This document shows positions 1-9,057 of a stretch of DNA of 64,000 nt, piece by piece. The DNA comes from a bacterium (GTDB lineage: Bacteria; Hinthialibacterota; Hinthialibacteria; Hinthialibacterales; Hinthialibacteraceae), in contig CAXXMV010000002.1 of the NCBI GenBank assembly GCA_963662285.2, positions 32,001 to 96,000 on the forward strand, given 5' to 3'. The stretch's first letter is position 1; every line of letters starts with the position of its first letter. The position numbers and the translations under genes are program-made. Under the pieces are notes generated by a model, which was not told the DNA's origin, searched no databases, and saw only the letters and a list, made by a program, of their open reading frames with translations.

Positions 1-2290
1 GGGGGCAAAGTTTGCGTATTAAGCGCTGGGCTACAATACACATAATTGAAGAACTGAGCATTTTGACATCCACCCCGATATCTATCAAACGCGATAGCGC
101 CGTGGAGGTATCAATGGTATGCAAGGTAGAAAAAACCAGATGCCCGGTAAGCGCTGCGTTTACCGCTATAGCAGCTGTTTCCTGATCCCTGATTTCTCCA
201 ATCATAATTACATCAGGGTCTTGACGGAGGATGGAACGCAAAGCAGTGGCGAAAGTTAATCCCGTCGCGGTATTGTGTTGCACCTGGTTGATGCCGTTGA
301 GTTCATACTCAATAGGATCTTCTACAGTAATGATATTTTTCGATCCATCATTGAGGTATTGTAAAGAGGTATACTGGAGCGTGGTTTTTCCACTGCCAGT
401 AGGGCCAGTAGCCAGAATTAATCCATGAGATGACGAAATGGCTCTTCGATAATCCTCCAGCGCATCAGGCCTTATACCCAGACGATCCAAAGGCGCCTTG
501 GCTATCTGTTTGTCCAACAGACGCATAACCACTTTCTCGCCCAACCGGGTTGGAATGGTTGAGACGCGAACATTGGTCTCCTCTCCAATCAAGACGCGTT
601 GAAAATGGCCATCCTGCGGCAAGCGCTTCTCCGCGATATTGAGATTACATATAACTTTTATGCAGCTAACCAGAATGTTATTCAAGCCGCCCTCAATGGA
701 GATGGATTCAGTCAAGACTCCATCCACTCTATAACGAACCAGGATTTTACCTTCTTCCGGTTCAATATGGATATCGCTGGAACGGATCTTTTTTCCATAG
801 ATCATGATAAGATAGAGAAAATTGACCATTTGCTCCCGCTGAGCATCATCATGAGCTGAGTTCGAAAGCTCGCGATTTCGCGCCATGACCAGCGCTTGAT
901 TCTGGATAACATCAGGCAAGGAAAATGGCGGTTTTATTTGCACTTCGCAGAACGGGCAAATATCAAAATCGTAATTCTCAAACAACTCATAGTTATCGAT
1001 TGCGCGGTCGCATGATGGACAACGCGTGCGAGGCTCTTCTCTTCTCCAGCGATCAATGAAATAGAAGATCAAGCCAAAAATACCGGCGTAATTAACAATT
1101 TTACGCCAGTTATAATAAATCACTTTGCGTTTGGGTAGATCACGAATGAGTAGTTTCATCGGGATATACCAGTAAATCATAAAGATGCCGAAAATAATAG
1201 CGATATACTTCAATGCGTTAAGAATCTTGGGGAACGAAACGGATACCGTCCCCTTGGTTAAATCCGTACTGAACTTTTTTATCGATTTCCATGAGCCGCT
1301 GAACCACTGTCCAACTTTCTGAGTAGTACTTGGAACTGGAGTTGGAATCGGCTCGGGAACATAAACTGGTCGCGGACGCGGAGTTGGAGTTGGTTGCAGA
1401 GCGCGTGCGGCTCTGGCAATAAGATTCTTGACCCGACGCGCGTCGCGAGAAGAAAGAGTCGAAGCATCTATTTTGGATAAGTAGTCCGTGGCTTGTTCAT
1501 ACGCATTATTATTAAAAGCCATTGTGCCCAGGTAATATAAAGCCATCGAATTATCTGGATCACGCTTTATAGCTTCCAACAAGGCATTTTCTGCAATTTT
1601 ATTATTAGTACTAGAGCGCTTAAATTCATTTTCTCCCCATTGGAAATATAGTTCAGCAATTCTTTTTTCAAGATTCCGGGCTATTGGAGCGCCCGGATAA
1701 TTTTCAAATACTATGGAGTAATGATGGATAGACTGTTCGTAATTGCGCCGCAGAACCTGCTTTTGACCTTCCTCAAAATGCGCCTGAGCTGTCTTCTGAT
1801 CTAAATCAATTTTGGCGTTTTGCAAAAGCGAAAGCAGATGAGAATCAGATATTTTATGCTTGAGAGATTCAATCTCCTTAATATCTTCCAGACCTTGAGT
1901 TAGTGAATCATGCCCACCCAATGCCTGGATATACTTTCGTATTGCGTTTTCCTGCTGAGTAAGGATGGCGTTCTTTTCCGCTTGCGATGGAGAGAGCAAC
2001 AATGCATCGGAATAAAGCGCTACCGCATCATTATAACGATTTTGCAATTCCGCCGCACGCGCATTTGATAAGATATTGGAAACATCCGAGCCTTTGGCCA
2101 CCCGCTCAACATCGCTCAGTTTATAGGAAAAAACGCCTCCGGACGTTTGAATACTAATAGCATCGCCATCCTGGCTGCGAATGATGCCTTCTATTTTCTG
2201 GCCATTTTTAAGATGTATAACATCAGCCGACAAATCAGCAGCCGAGACTAATAGCACTAAAACAAAGCTAATCCAATATAAAAGTTTCAC
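1..2290 (-). CDS. GspE/PilB-family secretion ATPase with N-terminal signal peptide, TPR-like region, Pro-rich linker, membrane segment and CxxC-CxxC Zn ribbon (runs off window start)
   Basis: Manual translation from GTG at 2290 (MKLLYWISFVLVLLVSAADLSADVIHLKNG...) stays open to the window edge. It includes SSDIHIEP, VRYRVDG, AEKRLPQDG, Walker A GPTGSGKTT (380-406), TVEDPIEY, LRQDPDVIMIGEIRD, TGHLVFSTLH and AQRLIRKLCP. Not in the ORF track because its stop lies outside the window. Confidence 0.9.
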   Translation of the reverse strand, partial: MKLLYWISFVLVLLVSAADLSADVIHLKNGQKIEGIIRSQDGDAISIQTSGGVFSYKLSDVERVAKGSDVSNILSNARAAELQNRYNDAVALYSDALLLSPSQAEKNAILTQQENAIRKYIQALGGHDSLTQGLEDIKEIESLKHKISDSHLLSLLQNAKIDLDQKTAQAHFEEGQKQVLRRNYEQSIHHYSIVFENYPGAPIARNLEKRIAELYFQWGENEFKRSSTNNKIAENALLEAIKRDPDNSMALYYLGTMAFNNNAYEQATDYLSKIDASTLSSRDARRVKNLIARAARALQPTPTPRPRPVYVPEPIPTPVPSTTQKVGQWFSGSWKSIKKFSTDLTKGTVSVSFPKILNALKYIAIIFGIFMIYWYIPMKLLIRDLPKRKVIYYNWRKIVNYAGIFGLIFYFIDRWRREEPRTRCPSCDRAIDNYELFENYDFDICPFCEVQIKPPFSLPDVIQNQALVMARNRELSNSAHDDAQREQMVNFLYLIMIYGKKIRSSDIHIEPEEGKILVRYRVDGVLTESISIEGGLNNILVSCIKVICNLNIAEKRLPQDGHFQRVLIGEETNVRVSTIPTRLGEKVVMRLLDKQIAKAPLDRLGIRPDALEDYRRAISSSHGLILATGPTGSGKTTLQYTSLQYLNDGSKNIITVEDPIEYELNGINQVQHNTATGLTFATALRSILRQDPDVIMIGEIRDQETAAIAVNAALTGHLVFSTLHTIDTSTALSRLIDIGVDVKMLSSSIMCIVAQRLIRKLCP

Positions 2291-2351
2291 AAACAGTTCC
2301 TCTGTAAATAGAATTCTATTTTCTTTAAAAACAAAATATACACTTGTACTC

Positions 2352-2453
2352 TGACCAACTAATTATGTCAGGCAACCTCGCACCCTCGCCCCACGGGATA
2401 GGGCTAGGGTAAGGGGGAATTACAGAAAACCACCTGACAAAAGAAACTGGTCA
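2352..2453. repeat. REP-like hairpin wrapped by imperfect inverted repeats (small MITE-like unit)
   Basis: CCCTCGCCCCACGGGATAGGGCTAGGGTAAGGGG (~2383-2417) is flanked by TGACCA..TGTCAGG and CCTGACA..TGGTCA. Confidence 0.55.
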
Positions 2454-2459
2454 TACCAC

Positions 2460-2545
2460 TAGAGCGACTCTAAACTTATATTCGCTTATTATCACGCTTA
2501 GTCTTCGAAAAATGCAATCTTTTCTGAGCTTTTCGAATCGCCGCT
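2460..2545. repeat. Partial copy of TAGAGCG-ended MITE family
   Basis: TAGAGCG...GCTTATTATCAC...GTCTTCGAAAAA..CAATCTTTTCTGA..TTTTCGAATCG is nearly collinear with 63517-63600. Confidence 0.65.
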
Positions 2546-2768
2546 CAAAACGTTATTATAAAAACCACTTAAAAAATGGCGCTATTCAGTCAGATATGTC
2601 TATTGCAAACGCCATATAATACCACCCTGGTCTAGTTAATCGCCCCTGCTATGTATCATTATCATAAAAAAGAAGACATACTTAACAGTATCATTCACTT
2701 ATAAAGTCGTCTACAAAATTTATATCTTTATACTATCAAACGAATTAAAGAGATATTTTATTCGATGC

Positions 2769-4175
2769 TCAATCCTTGAATTTTTTTATCATCAGATTGT
2801 ATTCACGTATTTTCCGATATATTGTGGCCTGGCTTAAATGCAGAGCAGTCGAGGCTTTGGGAACGCTGCCCTTGGTTAACCGCAGGGCATTTTCTATAGC
2901 GTCTTTTTCCAGTTTCTCGAATGGAATAATTGCCTCTTCTGCAATATTAGACTTATCCGGTTTTTCTCCACTTATAATTGATCCTGTTGCAGCGGCGCAT
3001 ACTGCCTGCGGCAGCATATCCGCTTCCAACTCTCCGCCCTGATTAAGAACCACGCACTGCTGAATACAATTCTGTAATTCACGTACATTCCCCGGCCATG
3101 AATATGAACAAAGAGCATCAAGCGCTGCATGAGAAATGGATCGGAACGGTTTATCATGCTCCACAGCAAAATTCTTCAAAAAAGCGTCCGCCAATTCCGG
3201 TATATCATCGGCATGATCACGCAATGGCGGCAAAGGAATATGAACCACGTTGAGCCGGTAATATAAATCTTCACGAAATGATTTTTCCTGTATGGATTGC
3301 ATTGGATCGCGGTTGGTAGCGGAAATAATGCGAATATCAACTGAAATTTTATCTTTCCCTCCAACCCGGTAAAACGCATACTCCTGCAAAAAACGTAGTA
3401 TTTTGGCTTGCAGAGAGAATTCCATTTCCGCAATTTCATCGAGAAACAAAGTCGATTGATGCGCCCTTTCACACCTTCCGATATAACGTTCTTTCGCGCC
3501 GGTAAAAGCATGCGGCTCATGACCAAACAACTCGCTTTCCAGCAGTTCTTTGGGAATAGCGGCGCAATTGACGTCTACTAATTCATGATTCTTTCTCGGA
3601 GATAATAGATGAATCGCACGGGCGACTAACTCTTTACCAGTGCCGCTTTCACCGGTGATCAGCACAGGCGCCTTGGTGGGCGCTACCGTCTCTATGATGC
3701 GATAGATCACCTGCATTTCGGCGCTGCCGCCGATCATCTCGCATAATCCATCCCGCTGTGACCGTTCGAAGGTTTGCACCCGCCGTTTTAATTTACGGTG
3801 TTCGACGGCATTCTTGACTGATACCAATAACCTGTTCCAATCAATAGGCTTAGCCCCGAAATCATAAGCCCCGCTTCGCATAGCGTCCACGGCGCGTTCG
3901 ATGCTGCCATGAGCGGTGATCAAAATAACCGGCAATCCTGAGTCGATTTCAGCAATCTCCGTCAACAACGATATTCCATCACCATCCGGCAACATATAAT
4001 CAAGCAGAATTGCATCGAAATCATCTTCCTCTTCAAGGGCTTTTCGCAATCCCGCGCAGCAATCCTCGCCCCGTACATGATACCCCTCCTGCACCAGCCG
4101 GGTTTCAAGCATTTGCCTTATATCATCGGAATCATCAGTAATCAGTATTTTGGGCATATCCGCCTCATATAACAT
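2769..4175 (-). CDS. Sigma-54-dependent response regulator (NtrC/AtoC family: REC-AAA+-Fis HTH)
   Basis: N-terminal receiver domain (ILLDYMLPDGDG), GESGTGKE, ESELFGHEPHAFTGA, LFLDEI, FREDLYYRLNV, WPGNVREL and a C-terminal HTH. Confidence 0.93.
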   Translation of the reverse strand: MLYEADMPKILITDDSDDIRQMLETRLVQEGYHVRGEDCCAGLRKALEEEDDFDAILLDYMLPDGDGISLLTEIAEIDSGLPVILITAHGSIERAVDAMRSGAYDFGAKPIDWNRLLVSVKNAVEHRKLKRRVQTFERSQRDGLCEMIGGSAEMQVIYRIIETVAPTKAPVLITGESGTGKELVARAIHLLSPRKNHELVDVNCAAIPKELLESELFGHEPHAFTGAKERYIGRCERAHQSTLFLDEIAEMEFSLQAKILRFLQEYAFYRVGGKDKISVDIRIISATNRDPMQSIQEKSFREDLYYRLNVVHIPLPPLRDHADDIPELADAFLKNFAVEHDKPFRSISHAALDALCSYSWPGNVRELQNCIQQCVVLNQGGELEADMLPQAVCAAATGSIISGEKPDKSNIAEEAIIPFEKLEKDAIENALRLTKGSVPKASTALHLSQATIYRKIREYNLMIKKFKD

Positions 4176-4428
4176 TTTTAATTACACATCTCAACTGTGT
4201 AGCATAATCCCCATTTACAAAGCTTTCAATAATTAAACGCAAATAAGGCATAATGGTCACAAACGAGAATATAAAAAATTTGTCAGATTTGTTTTCTTTC
4301 GATGGAAACCAGCTATTTAAAACCATTTAACCGCTTTTACTTTTGTCACTGACTTTGATATAGTATCATCGCAATTATTCCAAAAACTGTTGATTCACTA
4401 TCACGACAAACAACTACAGGAGTAAATC

Positions 4429-6090
4429 ATGGTCAAGAAATATGCATTGGGGATCGATTATGGGACTGAATCGGGACGGGCGCTGCTGGTTGACGTTGCA
4501 ACCGGAGAAGAAGCGGCTACCAGCGTTCTTAATTATTCAAATGGCGTAATGGACGAAACGCTGCCGGATGGAACCAAACTGGATCATGATTGGGCTTTGC
4601 AAGACCCGAATGACTGGATTGAAGTACTGAAAACCACTATCCCTGCCGTATTAAAAGAAACTGGAGTCTCTCCAGACCAGATAATTGGCATCGGAGTGGA
4701 TTTCACCTCCTGCACCGTGCTTCCCGTAGATGAAAGCGGCGCGCCTTTATGCAATACGCCTGAACTGAAAAGCCGCCCCCATGCTTGGCCGAAATTATGG
4801 AAGCATCATGCAGCGCAACCAGAGGCGGACAAAATAACCAAAGCCATCCTGGAAAGAGGCGATCCCCTGTTGGAGCGATACGGCGGCAAAATGTCATCCG
4901 AGTGGATTGTACCCAAAATCTGGCAAGTGCTTGATGAGGATGTGGAAATATATGATAAAGCCGCCCGTTTCATCGAAGGCGGCGACTGGGTAGTAGAGCA
5001 ACTTTGCGGCCAGGAAGCGCGCAGTTCCTGCATGGCAGGCTATAAAGGCATGTGGGACAAGGAAGACGGCTTCCCTTCCGCCGAATTACTCAATGACCTT
5101 CACCCCAAACTTAAAAATCTGGTTGGAACCAAACTGTCACCCAATATATGCCCGCTAGGCGAGAAAGCGGGAGAATTAACCGAAGAAGCCGCCGCTTTAA
5201 CCGGATTAAATCCAGGCACCGCCATCGCCGTCGCCATTATTGACGCCCATGCCGCCGTACCCGGCGCCGGAGTAACCGAACCGGGCAAAATGTTAATGGT
5301 GATGGGAACCTCAACCTGCCACATGCTTTTATCTGATAAGAAAATGAAAGTCGACGGCATGTGCGGCTGCGTTATGGATGGAATATTGCCTGGTTTTTAT
5401 GGTTATGAAGCTGGTCAACCGGCCACTGGAGACATCTTCGCCTGGTACATTGAACACTGTGCGCCTAATGCAGTATTCGAAGAAGCCAAAAATAGAGGAA
5501 TTAGCATTCACGAACTATTAGAAAGCCGGGCGGAAAAATTATCTCCCGGAGAAAGCGGCCTGATTGCATTGGATTGGTGGAATGGAAACCGTTCCGTACT
5601 GGTGGATGCTGAATTATCCGGCTTAATTCTTGGCATGACGCTAACCACCAAGCCGGAAGAGATTTATCTGGCTTTGATCGAAGCAACCGCCTTCGGCGCA
5701 AGGAAAATCATTGAAGCCTTCGGCGACAATGGCATCACCATAAACCACCTCTACGCCTGCGGCGGACTGGCGGAGAAGAATAAACTGCTAATGCAGGTCT
5801 ATTCGGATATAACCGGCCTGGCTATACGCATCGCTGAATCACCCCAAACCTGCGCATTGGGCGCCGCCATACTGGGAAGCGTTGCCGCCGGACAGGCCAA
5901 TGGTGGATACGACACGCCACAGCAAGCCGCCGCTAAAATGGCGCGGCTTAAAGAGGAATCATACAAGCCTTCCGCCGAACGACATAAGAAATATACCGCC
6001 CTGTATAACGAATATCAGAAACTACACGATTATTTTGGACGTGGAACCAATGACGTCATGAAGCGCCTGAGGGAAATTCGGTTGGGATAA
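4429..6090 (+). CDS. araB: L-ribulokinase (FGGY family)
   Basis: GIDYGTESGRA, WALQDPNDW, GVDFTSCT, KLWKHHAAQPEA, LDWWNGNRS and HDYFGRG. RBS AGGAG upstream. Confidence 0.92.
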   Translation: MVKKYALGIDYGTESGRALLVDVATGEEAATSVLNYSNGVMDETLPDGTKLDHDWALQDPNDWIEVLKTTIPAVLKETGVSPDQIIGIGVDFTSCTVLPVDESGAPLCNTPELKSRPHAWPKLWKHHAAQPEADKITKAILERGDPLLERYGGKMSSEWIVPKIWQVLDEDVEIYDKAARFIEGGDWVVEQLCGQEARSSCMAGYKGMWDKEDGFPSAELLNDLHPKLKNLVGTKLSPNICPLGEKAGELTEEAAALTGLNPGTAIAVAIIDAHAAVPGAGVTEPGKMLMVMGTSTCHMLLSDKKMKVDGMCGCVMDGILPGFYGYEAGQPATGDIFAWYIEHCAPNAVFEEAKNRGISIHELLESRAEKLSPGESGLIALDWWNGNRSVLVDAELSGLILGMTLTTKPEEIYLALIEATAFGARKIIEAFGDNGITINHLYACGGLAEKNKLLMQVYSDITGLAIRIAESPQTCALGAAILGSVAAGQANGGYDTPQQAAAKMARLKEESYKPSAERHKKYTALYNEYQKLHDYFGRGTNDVMKRLREIRLG

Positions 6091-6139
6091 TGACAAGTTT
6101 CTAGTTGATGCATATTTCTCAATTATCAATAATACTTCA

Positions 6140-6173
6140 GGGGAGAGTTTAAAAAGGCTCTCCCCGTTGTTTT
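6140..6173 (+). terminator. Probable intrinsic terminator after araB
   Basis: GGGGAGAG/CTCTCCCC stem followed by a T-rich tract. Confidence 0.6.
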
Positions 6174-6197
6174 ATTTTAAAAACAGTGGTTGCTATC

Positions 6198-6336
6198 AAC
6201 CCTCTCCTGACCTCTCCCAATCTTGGGAGAGGAATGTTCACCCTCAACATTTTGCATGACTAAGCCTAATCAATACAACCGCTTATACCCAAAATCCCTC
6301 TCTCCCAAGTTTGGGGGAGAATTCAAGAGGGGGTTG
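6198..6336. repeat. Inverted pair of CCTCTCCC-type REP elements (REPIN-like)
   Basis: CCTCTCCCAATCTTGGGAGAGG (~6211-6232) and CTCTCCCAAGTTTGGGGGAG...GAGGGGGTT (~6300-6336) are in opposite orientation. Confidence 0.7.
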
Positions 6337-6370
6337 TTTTCTAAAACCAAGTAATTTCTAACCACCGTTT

Positions 6371-7330
6371 TTAGTTTTTTTCATCCTTGGTTTTGGTTTT
6401 TTTGAGAGCATTACGCTCCCAGAAGACGCCGCCTTCGTATCCCTGGATCGTTTTATTTCGTCCTGCGTTTAGCAGTCTTTTTTCCGCTAAACAGCAAAAC
6501 TCTTCATCAATCTCAATTCCCACATAATTCCGCCCCAGTTTTTTGGCTGTAACAGAAGTGGTTCCCGATCCAAGAAAAGGGTCTAATACGATATCGCCGG
6601 GATTGGAGCTGGCTAGTATTATCTTGGCTAGCATTTTTTCGGATTTCTGGGTTGGATGATCCGTATTTTCCCGCATAGACCAGAAAGGAATAGTGATATC
6701 AGTCCACAGATTTGAAGGATGAGTCAGACGATATTTGCCATCTTTGGTCTCCTGCCAGTCTTTCGGATCGCCATTGGTTGATTTATACGGCGCCAGGACG
6801 CTACGCTGTAATTTAACTGCATCAATATTGAAAGTAAATTCATCAGAAACAGTGCAATACCAGATATCTTCCATACTATTCTTCCAGTTGCTCTTGGCGC
6901 CCCGCCCTTTTTCTCTTTCCCATGTTATGCGGTTGCGGATTTGGAAATGTTTTTGAATAACCTCATAAACCGCCTGAGAACAACGCCAGTCGCAACACAC
7001 ATAAATTGATGCGGTAGGTTTCATAAGACGAACCATCGGCGTAATCCATTGATCCATCCAATAGATATATTCTTCGCTGGTTTTTCTCTTGAAAGCCCTC
7101 TGATTAAAACGCTTGGGTAAATTGTAGGGAGGATCAAGAAACAAAAGATCAACAAATTGATCTGGAAGATGGGGGATAGTTTTATATAAATCCTGATTAA
7201 TTGTCTTATTAAGTATGGATTTGACAATAACAGGTTTTTTTAGACGCACTAACTTTTTACCGTACTTTTCAAGTTCCCCAGACGACAGTTGTAAAGTGCG
7301 GTTATATGGGATTTTTTCTGAAATGGTCAT
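6371..7330 (-). CDS. Orphan site-specific DNA methyltransferase (N4-C/N6-A, beta class)
   Basis: LDPPYN precedes HPTQKSE and LDPFLGSGTT (beta motif order). No endonuclease is adjacent. Confidence 0.9.
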   Translation of the reverse strand: MTISEKIPYNRTLQLSSGELEKYGKKLVRLKKPVIVKSILNKTINQDLYKTIPHLPDQFVDLLFLDPPYNLPKRFNQRAFKRKTSEEYIYWMDQWITPMVRLMKPTASIYVCCDWRCSQAVYEVIQKHFQIRNRITWEREKGRGAKSNWKNSMEDIWYCTVSDEFTFNIDAVKLQRSVLAPYKSTNGDPKDWQETKDGKYRLTHPSNLWTDITIPFWSMRENTDHPTQKSEKMLAKIILASSNPGDIVLDPFLGSGTTSVTAKKLGRNYVGIEIDEEFCCLAEKRLLNAGRNKTIQGYEGGVFWERNALKKTKTKDEKN

Positions 7331-7433
7331 AAGGTTTTTATGGGATAAATCACATTATATCTAATTTATTATCACTCTAAAAATCTGCAAAAACCAGAGA
7401 TATTGCTAAAAAATGGAGAAATGAGAAGGAAAA

Positions 7434-7507
7434 TGGAGGCGGCGGCCGGATTTGAACCGGCGATAAAGGATTTGCAGTCCTCTGCCTTACCACTTGGCTA
7501 CGCCGCC
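7434..7507 (-). tRNA. tRNA-Cys (GCA)
   Basis: Reverse complement is GGCGGCGTAGCCAAGTGGTAAGGCAGAGGACTGCAAATCCTTTATCGCCGGTTCAAATCCGGCCGCCGCCTCCA: cloverleaf, GCA anticodon, T-loop GTTCAAATC and encoded CCA. Confidence 0.97.
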
Positions 7508-7712
7508 ATATTATGAATTAAATAAGTCAAACGAAGGAACATTATTGAAGCCGATGCCAAACCTGTCAACCTGCGCTTTTATATGACTCAAAAATAATCC
7601 TTTTTATTTTATTTATTTAATCCTATAACAGGAAGGGAGTTAGCATTCTCCTTCACGGAAAAGAGAGAGAGTTATAAAATGATTTTTCGATCCTTTATCT
7701 GGAGAAAACGTT

Positions 7713-9014
7713 ATGGTATATCGTGCAGGCGTAATCGGTTTTGGAACAGTCGGCTCTGGCGCAGTAAAGATTCTACTATCCAATCAGCAACAAATAACTA
7801 AACGCGCAGGAACTACTATTCAGTTATCTGCAATCGCTGATCTAGATTTAGAAACCGACCGGGGCGTTGATATATCAAAGTTTAAATGCACGAATGACGG
7901 CTGGGAATTGATCAATGATCCGGAAATCGACGGCATAATCGAATTAGTCGGCGGCACGGGAATCGCCAAAGATTTCGTCATAGGAGCGTTGAAAAACGGT
8001 AAGGACGTCGTTACCGCCAACAAAGCCCTGCTAGCCGCTCACGGCAAAGAACTGTTCGAGATCGCAGCGCAAAATCAGCGTAAAATCCATTTCGAAGGCG
8101 CTGTCGGCGGCGGCATACCCATAATTCAATCTTTATACGGCGGATTGGCCTCAGCCCAAATCGTTGAAATCCATGCCATCATCAACGGAACCAGCAATTA
8201 CATCCTCACTGATATGGAAGAGAACGGAAATCCCTTCAACTCCGTCCTCAAAGAAGCGCAGGAACTTGGATACGCCGAATTAGACCCGACCTATGATATC
8301 GAAGGCATTGATGCGGCCCACAAACTTACCCTCTTGGCTTCGATCTGCTTCGGAACAGCTGTAAGCCTGGATGATGTATACACCGAAGGAATCAGCGATA
8401 TCACCGTGGAAGATATCCGCTTTGGGAAAAAATTGGGCTACCGCCTCAAATTGTTAGCTATAGCCAAAGACCTGGGTGATGAAATCGAAGTGCGCGTTCA
8501 TCCAACGTTCATACCCCGCAGCCAGAATCTTGCATCAGTCAGCGGCGTATTTAACGCCATCAATGCCTATGCCGAAGGATTAGGATCAACCATTCTGTAC
8601 GGTCGGGGCGCTGGCGACCTTCCAACTGGTCATGCCGTAATCAGTGATTTGATTGAATGCGCTCAAGACTCTATCGCCAGGCGACCGATAGATTACGATA
8701 ATTTCTTGACCGCCCATAAAAAAATTCGCCCCATGAGTGATATTATCGCGGAATATTATCTGCGTTTCGAGGTTATAGATAAACCGGGAGTACTCGCCCA
8801 CATCGCTGGCGTTCTGGGAGAATTGAATATCAGCATCCTATCTGTTCTTCAACTAAAATCAGGCTCCGAAGATCGCTGTCCGGTAGTAATAATGACTCAT
8901 GAATCCCGTGAAGGCGACATCCTTACCGCTCTCAAGAAGATTGAAGGCCTTGAAATCGTTCTTGCTCCAACCAAAATGATTCGTATTGAACAAATGGATT
9001 CCCGAAAAGCATGA
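7713..9014 (+). CDS. hom: Homoserine dehydrogenase with C-terminal ACT domain
   Basis: GFGTVG, VVTANKALLA, EGAVGGGIP, NGTSNYIL, GYAELDPTYDIEGIDAAHK and DKPGVLA. Confidence 0.95.
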   Translation: MVYRAGVIGFGTVGSGAVKILLSNQQQITKRAGTTIQLSAIADLDLETDRGVDISKFKCTNDGWELINDPEIDGIIELVGGTGIAKDFVIGALKNGKDVVTANKALLAAHGKELFEIAAQNQRKIHFEGAVGGGIPIIQSLYGGLASAQIVEIHAIINGTSNYILTDMEENGNPFNSVLKEAQELGYAELDPTYDIEGIDAAHKLTLLASICFGTAVSLDDVYTEGISDITVEDIRFGKKLGYRLKLLAIAKDLGDEIEVRVHPTFIPRSQNLASVSGVFNAINAYAEGLGSTILYGRGAGDLPTGHAVISDLIECAQDSIARRPIDYDNFLTAHKKIRPMSDIIAEYYLRFEVIDKPGVLAHIAGVLGELNISILSVLQLKSGSEDRCPVVIMTHESREGDILTALKKIEGLEIVLAPTKMIRIEQMDSRKA

Positions 9015-9057
9015 ATTAGCCATACTGAACTCAATCCGACATATATTGGATGCTGAA

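Noticed and set aside
231-1467. Short track ORFs (231-428, 599-859, 1279-1467) and similar antisense or shifted ORFs across the window
   Set aside because: They are shadows of longer genes with recognisable motifs.
3500-3530. HAFTGA instead of GAFTGA in the sigma-54 activator
   Set aside because: The critical F-T residues are intact and first-position variation alone is weak evidence. I found no convincing -24/-12 promoter nearby.
6090-7507. Integrated island at tRNA-Cys
   Set aside because: No integrase and no duplicated tRNA 3' end (att site) seen in the window.
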